54,645 nt of DNA, from contig NC_068984.1 of NCBI RefSeq assembly GCF_001194135.2, forward strand, positions 42,977,576 to 43,032,220. The letters run 5' to 3'. Positions 1-11,330 of this stretch are shown in pieces; the stretch's first letter is position 1; every line of letters starts with the position of its first letter. The position numbers and the translations under genes are program-made. The notes under the pieces were generated by a model. The model searched no databases and was not told the origin of the DNA. It saw only the letters and a list, made by a program, of their open reading frames with translations. The DNA comes from Octopus bimaculoides (taxonomy: Eukaryota).

Positions 1-937
1 TATATATATATATATATATATATCAATACATATATATAATACAGTTAGCTAATTTTTTAATACTTTCTTTTTAATAGTTAAAGAAATACTTCATAAAGGA
101 TGCGGTGCACTGTAAATGACCTTCTTGGCTCAAGTAACATCTGTTAACTCTCTATGAAATTACCGAAACTTTAAATCACTGTAAGATATATATTTTCCAT
201 TCACCTATCTTCCTACATATACATAGTTACATAGATTCATAGTGACCTATTTAGTTTATGTCATACCCTTTTTCTTTTCTTTCTTTCATTTAGATCAAAG
301 ACGACTATTACGTGAAAGTCTGTAAATTAACGAACTGTTTCACTTAGCAAACTGTCTTTGCTTTATTTTTTATTGACATTTACTTTATTCCGGCTGGTTG
401 AATCAGCTCACAATTTTCATTAGCAATGCCTTCGGATTCCAGCAACGAAAACTAAGCTATTTGTTTTCCATTAAAAGTACAGTGAACATGTCGTCGGAAG
501 TAAAGAGTCCAATGTTTCGAACAGTGTCCTTCTGTAGGTGAAAGTTGACAGGAGAGAAATTAATGAAAGACAACAGGGTTTTGCATTCTCTAAATTAGAA
601 AAACTGCAGCTGATTTAGATAATGTCAAACTATGCTGTCTCTCATTATTTTTCTCCTGCCAACTTTTTCCCTGAATAAGGACTCTGTTCGAAAATTTGGA
701 ATTTTCCTCCCCACGGCAAATTCAGTATTCTTTTTATCGATTCTACTAAATAATACAAACTTTGTCAACAGAGTCAAACACCCTTTGAAGTTTGCTTGAT
801 CATTTATTTTTACTTTATTAAATAAGAAAAGCTTCCCGGAGAAATAAAAGTCGTTGTAACTGCGAGAATGCAGACGATGCAAGAAATATGTCACACGCAA
901 ATCTGGTGACTGATTTTGGTCATGTGATAATGAAAGC

Positions 938-950
938 AATAATAATAATG

Positions 951-1023
<73 letters not shown>
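938..1023. repeat. (TAA)n microsatellite
   Basis: Direct reading. Confidence 0.98.
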
Positions 1024-1033
<10 letters not shown>

Positions 1034-1195
1034 GGTTCTAAACAATTTGTTTTGCTGCTATTGCTTAATCCGTTGTTCAAACCTAGTTAGCTTTGCCTTT
1101 TTTCACAAGTAAGCGCTGCTTTAGTTCTTCAAATACAAGATTCAGGCCTTTTGTATCTACACCATACTTCTTCCTAACTTCTTTGAATTTCCATA

Positions 1196-1317
<122 letters not shown>

Positions 1318-1320
1318 TAT

Positions 1321-1700
1321 ATGGGTACAGGACATCATCAACTGTAAACAACATGAAGTACAAAAACAAACGAATTAAATACGCAAACAACGAGAGAAAA
1401 AATTGAAAACAGAGCAAGTAACACAAAGAATGACACCTCATCAATTGTCGGCTGTCTATTTACACATTTCGAGCATTCAACGACAATATGAGTCTTCGAA
1501 AACACCTCCTCCCATAACTTCCAGAATAAAATTTGGATTTATGGAGGGTCAAAGTTGAGAACAAAAAGAGGACAGTGGAGACATATAAGGAAACCGAACG
1601 AAAACAAACAAGAAAGATCGTTAGTCTAGAACGAAGGGAAATAGTGAACGCTGGGGAAAATATTTTCTTTAGAAAGAGAAAAGATAGAAGAGAGAGATAG
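1321..1700 (-). mobile_element. Probable Penelope-like element terminal (pLTR) relic with degenerate hammerhead-like motif
   Basis: The minus strand reads ...TCGAAGA-CTCATATTGTCGTTGAATGCTC-GAAATGTGTA... (1461-1500), resembling CUGANGA / stem II / GAAACGCGUA with CpG decay. The first ~50 bp (GGTACAGGAC..CAACTGTAAACAACATGAAGTAC) is repeated at 1985-2035. Confidence 0.4.
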
Positions 1701-1785
1701 AGGACGTCCAGTCCTTAGGACATCGTGCAGGAAAAGAATGATGGACGATGGTCACGTGTGAGCAACAAGAGAGAAAAAAGAGAAA

Positions 1786-1821
<36 letters not shown>

Positions 1822-3360
1822 CATTACAAAACGGTGAAGGGGATAAAATGGAATTAGAGAAGGATGGGAGAGAAAACAGTATAGAGTAGGGTCGCATCAA
1901 AAAGGTTAAGATAAACTTGCTTGGAAATGGATGCGTGGCGTTCAATTAAGTAATAATATAAATAATACATACATATGCATATATAGGTACAGGACGTCAC
2001 CAACTGTAAACAACATGAAGTACGAAAACAAACGAGTGTGTGCATGTGCGTGTGTGTATGTATGTATGTATGTATGTATGTATGTATGTATAATCTACTT
2101 CAACAGTTGTAATTTTCATTATTTGACACTTAGTTCAAACTGTAATCGAGTAGATTATGATGCATTCTTTCTGTTATCATACTGTTTAGATCTACGTAAT
2201 GAGATATGTTTTTTTCTATTTTTAATACTGTCATGTATCATTTGAGAGAAATTTTGTTGCATGTTGAGCAGCCACGTAGGTGCTCACTTAGTTTTTGAAG
2301 ACTGTTTTCTGTCACTTCACTTAGAAGTTACCAGTTCCATTAACCAGAAATTTCATTTCCTCTTTTTTTATAGTACAACTCACATCATAGGACTAGTTCT
2401 TACATAATAAGTACCCTAATGCAATAGAAATAAAACCAATATTCTTCATATGGTGCCAAACTAACAATATGTTTGTTCCTGTAAGACCTAATTTCCAAGC
2501 TAGATTTATTTTCAAGATATCGTTGTTTTCCAAGCTTGGTGGTAAAATAACAGAAAAAAAACTACTTTGTAAAGAACCCACTCTTAACAGAGTGCGTTCT
2601 CAAACATTTTTGTTGCCAACACTTCGAAAGCTTGAATACATGATTTCTATAATGGTAAATGATATGACACTTCTATCTTCTTATTTTAAACTCTTGAACA
2701 TATATCTACCTAGTTTTGAGCATGCATAAGTGTCTGTGTTCATCTTGTCACATGAATGAAATTCTTCAATGAACAAAATCAAACCAAAGAAAAAATCTAA
2801 AGGAAAACATAATTAAATCATTCAGGACGGCGCTTATGGTAAGAATTTACGTAATTAGAAACTTGAGTTTCAACGCTAAAGCATCCAAACAAAAGAATAA
2901 AATAAAATAAAGATGAAAAATAAGAAAGTGGGGGTGGAATTCCTAGATAATCAAACTAGAATATGTCTTCAAGAGAAAAAAAATTTGAGAAATTTCTATT
3001 CTCGAGTAGGTAATTGCAGATAATGAATTCTCTCATTTGCCAATTATTCATGGTTAATTTTGATAGAAACAAGAATTGGTAGAGTCGAAGAACTGAGACT
3101 GACACGGCTTTCTGTAACTAAATAGTTTAAACTATTTTTATATACATAATCACGTATATTCCATGAGAGAACTGAAGTGATGATCGTTTAAGACTGTGAA
3201 GGCAACCTGTCACAATGGTTCTCAACTTAGAAAAGATCATGAAATCGAGATTAACTCACGTAGTTTACTCTCAACGAATGAAAGGTGATTCTTACTCCAC
3301 CGGGTAGAACACCAGTCTATCGAAGATAACATTCCTAGTAGGCCTGCAACTATTTCCCAG

Positions 3361-3364
3361 CAGC

Positions 3365-3428
<64 letters not shown>
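3361..3428. repeat. (TAG)n microsatellite
   Basis: Direct reading. Confidence 0.98.
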
Positions 3429-3589
3429 AAAGTGCAATGTTATTCAAAAATAGTTGATGTTCAAATCCCATGAAGGTCTTTGACTTTCTTTCTTCTGGGG
3501 TCGTTAAAACAGAGTACTAGTCAAGCCCTTAGATTGACTTTTATATTTTGCTATTATTAATAATAATATTCTTTCTATTTTCATTTCTT

Positions 3590-4370
3590 CTCCAGAGTTA
3601 TCTATGTCACGTCTCAACCCCTTTCCTTTTGCAACATTTTTTCTCAAAATGTGCTGTTCCAAGGAATGCCGCCAGTTATTTGCTTCCTATAGTTTGGTAT
3701 TTTCAACTTTACATGTCAGAATATTGCTTTCTTTGAGATGGCCCCAAGTGCACCGATCCCAAGTGATGGTCCTAACATGGTCCCAACTGCAGCCTCACTT
3801 TTGAGGCTCTGTGAATGCATTTCACTTCAATGTTAGGTCTCGTTACTTCTTGACTCCCTCGTTCTCTGTCTTCACAACATTCTGGTCCGCAAATGTAGAT
3901 ATATCGATGAAGGTCAATTGTTTGGACTCCTTCTGTAGGAGAGTGATATTTGGTCGATTATGTAGCAGTTTCTTATGTGTAGATTGGCATATCCCATATG
4001 AGTTTCACCTGATCATTCTCTGCTACTGGAAAAAGGTTGGCACTCATACTACTTGAAACATTCTTGCCCATTAATCTTCGTTTTGTATTCCTGGAGGGTC
4101 CCATCATTGTCACTGATCACCTTGTTACTAAGAGCAACCTGCAAGATTCTTCCATCTCTATTTCTCAGATAAGCATGCAAAGACTTGATCTCCTTTATAA
4201 CATTATCTTCTGTTCCAACAAGCCTCAGTAGCTTACTTCTAGTATGAAGACGTCTATGCATAGCCATTATTTTCCACGCTTTGCTGTCCATGCTGACCAG
4301 TTCCTCCATTATCCATTCTATTATTTTTATTACTGATTTGACTATGGTTCGTTCTTATTTCTGGCAAGAG
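3590..4370 (-). mobile_element. R4/Dong-clade non-LTR retrotransposon, 3' fragment (degenerate, internally deleted)
   Basis: Minus-strand translation across stops and frameshifts gives MEELVSMDSKAWKIMAMHRRLHTRSKLLRL (ELQ.IDRKTRK..MH..LHP motif), then ENDQVKLIWDMPI..HNRPNITL..FIDIS (REL nuclease RPD..D region), GIGALGAI and AFLGTAH. These are the typical C-terminal blocks of REL-type LINE ORFs. Confidence 0.85.
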
Positions 4371-4519
4371 TAATGATAATTCTGTAACAGTTTCATATTC
4401 TCTAAAGTTTGCATTTTAGGTCCTTTTATTTTCAGCTTTCACGTGTTCATTGTCTACCACTCTTGCAGCACACTCTTTCCTTTTCATTGAATACAATGTT
4501 TGCACATGAATGCTCTATA

Positions 4520-5150
4520 TGTCCATCCGTCTGTTATTTCGTATCGTATAGTACCTTTATCTTTACATGTAAAGTTATCGCATCGTTCTCGTCAAGCTCC
4601 GAGAGCTTCACTTTTTTCTCTCTCTGCAGCCAACATCGCCACTTCTCACGACAGTCAAAAACACTTCATCAGTCTCGGTAACACGCTTCCTTAAACTCTG
4701 CAGGCCCACTTTCACACATTCTTCTGCGTTTATTGGTCCTCTTCTTCCATTCTCTCTGTTTAAATACAATCTGCTAATGTCTGCTTGTGAGTTTGAGGCT
4801 CAGTAGCTTATTAGTAGTAACCTTGTTTTCTATCTATGCTTTCAGGATCTTCATTTGTCCATTTGATTATTCAGACACTGTATCTGATTATGGAAACGGC
4901 TTTTGATTTTAAAACAATGACTGTATTTATACCACAGAGTTTGGACTTTTGTATTCTTCTTACCCTTCGGAAATACTTTCCTCTGATTTTGTCTTTCATC
5001 CGTTACACCGCTTCCTAGACTCCCAGATATTTATTACCACCATCTATATCAATCTCCCGTATCTTTTCGTTCGATAGATTATTCTGTCATTTTAATGGTA
5101 TTTCTTTTTCTTCATGACCAAGCTTCCACACTTGGAAACACTAATCTTTC
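4520..5150 (-). mobile_element. R4/Dong-clade non-LTR retrotransposon, RT C-terminal/thumb fragment (degenerate)
   Basis: Minus strand gives KIREIDIDGGNKYLGV..MKDKIRGKYFRRVRRI and SRLYLNRENGRRGPINAEECV, matching YKYLG..EY.RR.RK and DRLY..RK.GGRGL..E.C of R4/Dong ORFs. Many stops. Confidence 0.8.
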
Positions 5151-5223
5151 CTGCTAAATACTCTCACTGTGCCAATATAGGTTTCTAAATTGAGTTTGTT
5201 ACAAATAATAATTGGATTTCAAG

Positions 5224-5316
<93 letters not shown>
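5224..5316. repeat. (CA)n microsatellite
   Basis: Direct reading. Confidence 0.98.
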
Positions 5317-5321
<5 letters not shown>

Positions 5322-6116
5322 ATGTACACACAAAGAGAGAGAAAAAACAGATATTTAAACGTTTAGAATTTGCAGAATCATTAGAACACCGATGTGTTTT
5401 GAGCTCAAATCCCGATCTGGTCAAACTTCCGATATCAAAACAATACAGCACCCGTCAAGAACTGAGGAGACGAAAGCCAGTAAAGAGCCAATAATTATTT
5501 TAGTTTTCCTATAAAGCATCGTAGACATGAAGAGAATTATAATAGCAAAGAAGTCTTCTTTTCTGTGACCAAGGTTTCAAATTAACATCTTAAATAAGGA
5601 AGGTTACATAAGACAATGTAGCTCTTGATTTACAAAAATACGCATTTTCACAATGGAAATACCTTTGACCATGATGTCAGCCTAGTCAAGGCTGGCCCTG
5701 AACCAAACAACAACCGATATAACCAGCAGAGCATCAGTTAAAGACTGATTTTTTCAATACTTGTCTCCTTGAAATAATTAGAGAAGTCGTAATAAGTCTA
5801 TTGCAGAAAAAAATTGACTAAAACGATGGAAATTTAACATATTTATCCATTTGTGATAAAACTATGACATAAATTATACATGTATATCACAACTATATAT
5901 TTATAACAGAAGTGTATATCTTCGTTTAAATAGTTTACCTTCGAGTTGTCGATGAAGATGAAATAAGACAGGAATTATTATTTGAGATTGGAAATAACTT
6001 CATTTTCAACTCAAGTACTTCATTAAGTCGAAGATTTTATAAATAGATGTAAATAAACTAAGTATAACAATAAAAATGTTAATCACAAAGTACCTGGAAG
6101 AATAAAGAATACTGAA

Positions 6117-6182
6117 ATCTAACCCTAACCTAATTCGAACACTAATCCAAATCCTAATCTTAGCACTAACGCTTAATCCATC
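6117..6182 (-). repeat. Degenerate telomere-like (TTAGGG-type) hexamer tract
   Basis: ATCTAACCCTAACCTAATTCGAACACTAATCCAAATCCTAATCTTAGCACTAAC, a ~6-bp periodic CTAA core. Confidence 0.5.
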
Positions 6183-6219
6183 ACTCAAAATAAAGCAGAA
6201 AATAATTTATTCTACACAC

Positions 6220-7270
6220 AAAATCCGAAATAAAAACACAAACAGCTTTATAAAGTTGAACATCCGAAACATCAACAGCAAGTATATTTAAAATGTTTAA
6301 ACTATAAACAGAACGTGTAATCGGGTGATGTTTTTGTTTCTGTGCAAACTGTCTAAAAAAAACACATCATGTGACACTGGCGTTACCGTCCGATTTCGAC
6401 CAATTGATAAATTGAATGTATTAAGAATAACAACTTTAAAGTATATTGGAGATCGGTGTCAGAAACTTCAGACTAATAAACTTATCATCACGTTTCTCTT
6501 GAACTTAGATCAGACATATAGTTATACTGGGATCACCCAAGCTATTTTTAAAACATTGCAACGCTATTCCTGTCTCTGCTACTGCTGCTTCTTCTGCTGT
6601 TACTGCTGCTGTTGCTTCTGCTGCTGCTAATACAACTAAACACAAGAAGTGTGAATTACTTTATGATTTACAAATAAATCAAAATTCATGGACACGCAAA
6701 TCCTCCGGTTTCTCCTCTGAGGATTTAATCCAACTAAAGACATTCGTCATATCAATACTTGTGTCTATATAAGAAATCTACAGAGATTTTTTTTATATGG
6801 CATGAGAGTATTTCCATTACGCTATAATGATTAATGAGATGTATTCTGTAATTTTCTTGTCAACATTCTTTTTATTTGTGAGTAAGCATATATATGAACA
6901 TGTGTGCGTTAGTATTAGGTTTATATAAATCATTTTTGTTTCGTTTTGTCTTGTTTTGTCTTGTTTTCCGAAAGCATGTTTACTGTCAAAGTGTACATTC
7001 CTTATTTCTGTAAAGCTGAGAATGATCGTATTAAAACCTATTGTTTTCTAATGTCGATTAAGTTGATCTTAATATAAAATTGTTAACTTATGTCTCCCAC
7101 TGTGAAAGACAAATTCACCACTGCTGTGATTTCCATTGAAATTGCTGGTTTACTGAAGTAATTACAATAAGATACCTTTTCTGGTGTGGTTCTGTCTCCG
7201 CTATGTCGACCATTCTGTTCAATAGGAAATATTATTGCATACTTTTTAAATTAATATGAACGAATTTTAA
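6220..7270 (+). repeat. Local duplicated module, copy A
   Basis: Shares core GTGATGTTTTTGTTTCTGT.CAAACTGTCT...GTGACACTGGCGTTACC.TCCGATTTCGACC.ATTGATA.ATT..TATTAAGAATAACA with copies B, C and D. Also shares downstream blocks TATATAAGAAATCTACAGAG and ACTGTGAAAGACAAATTCA.CACTGCTG.GATTTCCATTGAAATT with copy B. Confidence 0.9.
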
Positions 7271-7512
7271 TCAAATGGTTACGTACCTAAATAAATATCT
7301 TATAGTATTTATTTTGTCTCGTTGCAATTCAGGTTTGTATTACATATTCTCTCATACACATCGGTTTATATAGAATCCTACCCTTATCACTAAAGTTGAT
7401 TAAATAATATCCGATTAAATTCATAAATACTTAGCCCAAAGGATACAGAAATTCCAATTCAAAAAACAGAAAGGAATATATGCCTTGCTAAAATAACTTT
7501 TTGTAACTTTAA

Positions 7513-7733
7513 CCTATTAAGTCCCAGAGTACTTAAATTTCTGAATATTACTTTTAAATTTTTACAGATGATTGAAAATAGGTTAAAATAAAGGAAAAAT
7601 AATTGAAACTTCTTTACTTCAGTAGAAATGGAAATACTCGGTGTCCTATAAATAGGACACTGAGAATATATGATATAGCTTATTTAATGTTCTCATTTAG
7701 TGTCCTATTTATAGTACAGTGGGACTTAATGGG
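7513..7733. mobile_element. piggyBac-type MITE (221 bp)
   Basis: TTAA at 7509-7512 and 7734-7737. Imperfect ~21-bp TIRs CCTATTAAGTCCCAGAGTACT / AGTACAGTGGGACTTAATGGG. Internal palindrome GTGTCCTATAAATAGGACAC at 7641-7660. Confidence 0.8.
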
Positions 7734-7762
7734 TTAACTTAATTATACTGTAATATGTGTGA

Positions 7763-8068
7763 AGGCGCATGGCTCAGTTGTCAGAGTGTCGGGCTCACAA
7801 TCATGATGAAGTGAGTTCGATTCCCGGACCGTGTTGCGTTCTTGGGCAAGACACGTTATTTCACGTTGCTCCAGTTCACTCAGCTGTAGAAATGAGTTGC
7901 GACGTCACTGGTGCCAAGCTGTATTGGCATTTACCTTTCTCTTCGGTAGCATCAGTGGCGTGCTGAGGGGAAGTTGATATGCATGGCTGACTGCTGGTCT
8001 TCCATAAACAAACTTGCCCAGATTTCTAGGTGCAACCTATAGCCCTTCATGACTGAAGGGGGTCTTAT
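7763..8068 (+). mobile_element. tRNA-derived SINE with CORE-like domain (family C)
   Basis: A box TGGCTCAGTTG and B box GAGTTCGATTCC, followed by TTGGGCAAGACAC..TTTCACGTTGCTCCAGTTCACTCAGCTGTAGAAATGAG (CORE-like). A homologous inverted copy lies at 25560-25795. Confidence 0.85.
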
Positions 8069-8289
8069 ATACTGTAATATAGAATTCACACAAAATGGCA
8101 AATTCCTGCTGTCTTTCGATGTTAATACTTTTGCCTATGATTATATATGTTATGTATATACCATCATGTGTACTTTACATATATTGTTATATGTGCATTT
8201 CAAGATTGAATAATTTTGTTCAGGTGAATAAGATGTGCAATTTCTAGACTCTGCCCTTTCCTTCTATAAACAATCCTGAGTACATAATA

Positions 8290-9570
8290 AAGGATGCAGA
8301 CGTCTTAACTAAGCTCAGCATCTTATGTAAAGATGGGTACATTTCATTATATCCCAAGATGTCTAATCTAATTAAGAGAAGTTACTCATTGAAATTTGGG
8401 TAAGAACTGGAGAGTACCATAATCCAAACTTTAAAATTGTCTTGACTATTTTACGTTTCATCCTACCATAGCATTTCATATGAAGGATGAAAGATTGTTT
8501 TAGCTCCAACAATCGATATAGTTAATTTATCCTACTTGCAACATACGCTGTTAAGATACAAACAGCCTTATAAAGTTGAATATCTGAAACAAAAACAGTA
8601 GGTTTATTTCAGATTTATAAAACCATAAACAGAGCACATAACTAGATGATGTTTTTGTTTCTCTACAAAAACATGTCACATGACACTGTCATTATCTTTC
8701 GATTTCGATCAATTGATAGATTAAGAATATTAAGAATAACAGTTTTTATATCAAGTTCATTGGGCACAGAGGTCAGAATCTAATATACTTATCATCACGT
8801 CTATGACATATAGTTACACAAGGATCATCCAAATTATTTTAAAAATATTGACACTCTACTGCTATCTCTTCTAGTGCCAGAAGCTAATATAAATATAAAA
8901 CACTTCTTAATTGACAAATAAATCAAGAATCCATAAATAATATAATGAAATATTTTCAATAATGTACACATAAGTATTAACATCGACTAAGATACTCCTA
9001 ACAAAAGCGTGAAGATATTTTATCTTCCGATATCTTTCCTATGAGATTTCATACCAATTTAGAAATTCGTAATATTAGTACACGTAAGAAATTCCTATCA
9101 GCTTATATAAGAAATCTACAGAGAGTTTTATATAATACAGGGGCATTTTGCATTAAGTCACAATGATTGATGGGATGTATTCTGTAAATTATCATTTGAG
9201 CAGTGTTTGTACAGGCAAGCATATATATAAGTTTGTTTGAGTGCGAGTATCAAATTTACAGACACATTTTTTTAAATCGTTTTTTTAGAGTTTACATTCC
9301 TTTGTTTCTGTCATGCAGAAACGATCAATTTAAAACCAATTGTTTTATAACGCAGAATTATTGTCCATTAACTTTCTCTTAATAAAAAAAAAACTCTTAC
9401 TTATATTTCATACTGTGAAAGACAAATTCAACACTGCTGCGATTTCCATTGAAATTACTGACTACTAAAGTAATTACAATAAAATAATAATTCTTGTGTT
9501 GTAGTGTCTCCGCCAGTTTCTTTGAAAAGGAGTGTTCATGCTCACTTTTAAAATTAATATGGATGGATTT
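8290..9570 (+). repeat. Local duplicated module, copy B
   Basis: Core at ~8523-8880 is offset ~2320 bp from copy A. The upstream block 8320-8400 (TATGTAAAGATGGGTACATTTCATTATATCCCAAGAT..CTAATTAAGA..GTTACTCATTGAAA) matches 10388-10460 upstream of copy C. Confidence 0.9.
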
Positions 9571-10349
9571 GAGTCAAACTACAGCGCTCCAGATCAAAGA
9601 TTTTACACCATTTAGCTATTGTCCTATATTTTCATTCAAATTTAAGTTGCATACTTTCTCTTCTGCCATTACACTAGTTAATTCTAATGTTGCTGCTAGT
9701 GTTTATGGTGTAGCACATAGTGATGAGATGGAAGAATTTGTTTCAAAGTTTAGTTTGATATTTACCTACTTATGCAGCTGCAATTATTGAAGCTTTACAT
9801 ATACCTACCCTAGTCAAAGCTGATCACCTTTCTCTTTGTTGTCTATTTTAATATTGCAAAAACAGTTCGATTTCATTTTTTTTTCTTCTCATAAATTGTC
9901 CACTCTTTTTATGTTCCTTCACAGAACTTCATCCTAACGCTGAAGAACATAAAGAAAATTCCCTGTAAAAATACCAAATTGGTTATGCCACCTGCCAATG
10001 CGGGAAATAATCAGTTATATCCCTGCCTAAATTAAACTTTTTTTTTAAATGTACTTTACTTCGGTACTCGAATACATGCAATTTTTTTCAAAATGTCAGC
10101 TTTTTACCAATGTTAATTCACGGTGTTCTTTAGATGACTGAATTTTTAGTTATCAAAGGAATGTATTACCTTCTAAACGTTGTCTATTTGTAAACCGTGT
10201 GACTTATTACAGGAAATAAACACGGCTTTCTTCCAATATTAATGGCAAAGAACTTTTGAGAACAAATTAGTGATTTTAATAGCCTATTTATCAAAAGCGT
10301 GTATTATTTTCTAAACGCTGTCCGTTTTGTAAACCATATGATTTATTGC

Positions 10350-11330
10350 ATTAAATGATCTTGATATATCAACTTATCCCAAATATCCTACGTAAAAAAT
10401 GGAGCATTTCATCATATTCCAATATCTCTAATTAAGATGTCAGCGTTACCCATTGAAAGTCAGGCATTGATTGTGACAGTGTCGCAAACTTCAGAATCTT
10501 ATGGTATATTTTACTGTTTCCCTTAAGGAGTAAATTAGCAAAACCCATTTTTTTTTGTTTTTGTCGTTTACCTCAGATCCCATTTTTTAAATATTATTTA
10601 GTAATATAACTAATCTGCCTGTCAACTAACCTAATTACAATATAGTATTCATACGCAATACACAAATGCACAAGTACGTGCTTTACATAAAAATACAGCG
10701 GAATATTTTTACTAAAGTATTCAACAAAAGGATGTGCTGTTTCTAAACAGCATCACCTTCCCCCTTAAATCACCTTACTTATTATAGGAGGTAGCACCTC
10801 ATCTTACTTAATCAGCTGACAGAAACAGAGAAGTATTTCATCTTATCCTAACATCCGATATAGAGGAAGAGACAGACTCACCCCATTATCTATGTAAAGA
10901 AGAGAATAATTTATCCCGCTTGCAACATACGATATAAAAACACAAACGACTTTCAAAAGTGAATACCCGAAACAACTACAAAAGGTGTTTTGAAAGCTAT
11001 AAAACTATATGGAAAGCAGATGGTAGAATCGCGTGATGTTTTTGTTTCTGTACAAACTGTCTAGAAAAACACATCAGGTGACACTGGCGTTACCTTCCGA
11101 TTTCGACCGATTGATAGATTAAAGGTATTAAGAATAACAACTTTGATATCATGTCTATTTGGCACTGGGGTCAAAATCTTTATATTCATATACTTGTCAT
11201 CACGTTTCTCTTGAACTGAGATAAGACGTAAATATACTGGGATCACGCCAGATATTTGCAAAATACAACGAATCTGCTGTTGTGTCTGCTGCTGTTGCTG
11301 CTGCTATTGGTGCTGTCGTTGTTGTTGATG
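10350..11330 (+). repeat. Local duplicated module, copy C
   Basis: Core at 10907-11290 is offset ~2390 bp from copy B and ends in a CTG/GTT-rich tail like copy A. The block 10830-10910 matches copy D (CATCCGAT..AGAGGA.G.GACAGA). Confidence 0.9.

Noticed and set aside
625-1080. 151-aa minus-strand ORF with poly-Leu stretch resembling a signal or TM segment
   Set aside because: The poly-Leu is the (TAA)n microsatellite read antisense. The remainder has no recognisable motif.
2400-2729. ~107-codon open plus-strand frame (KYPNAIEIK...SFEHA)
   Set aside because: No recognisable domain and no convincing acceptor/donor pair in frame. This length is attainable by chance.
6325-6630. 101-aa ORF with Cys-rich C-terminus (metallothionein- or keratin-associated-like)
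   Set aside because: The Cys run is a CTG/CTT microsatellite tail, and the frame is broken by indels in copies B, C and D.
11061-11261. Antisense frame of the module core (KVVILNTFNLSIGRNRKVTPVSPDVFF*) that looks conserved across four copies with a shared stop
   Set aside because: Copies A, B and D have 5-7-nt frameshifting indels upstream. By eye, C vs D substitutions fall across all three codon positions, which gives no sign of purifying selection.
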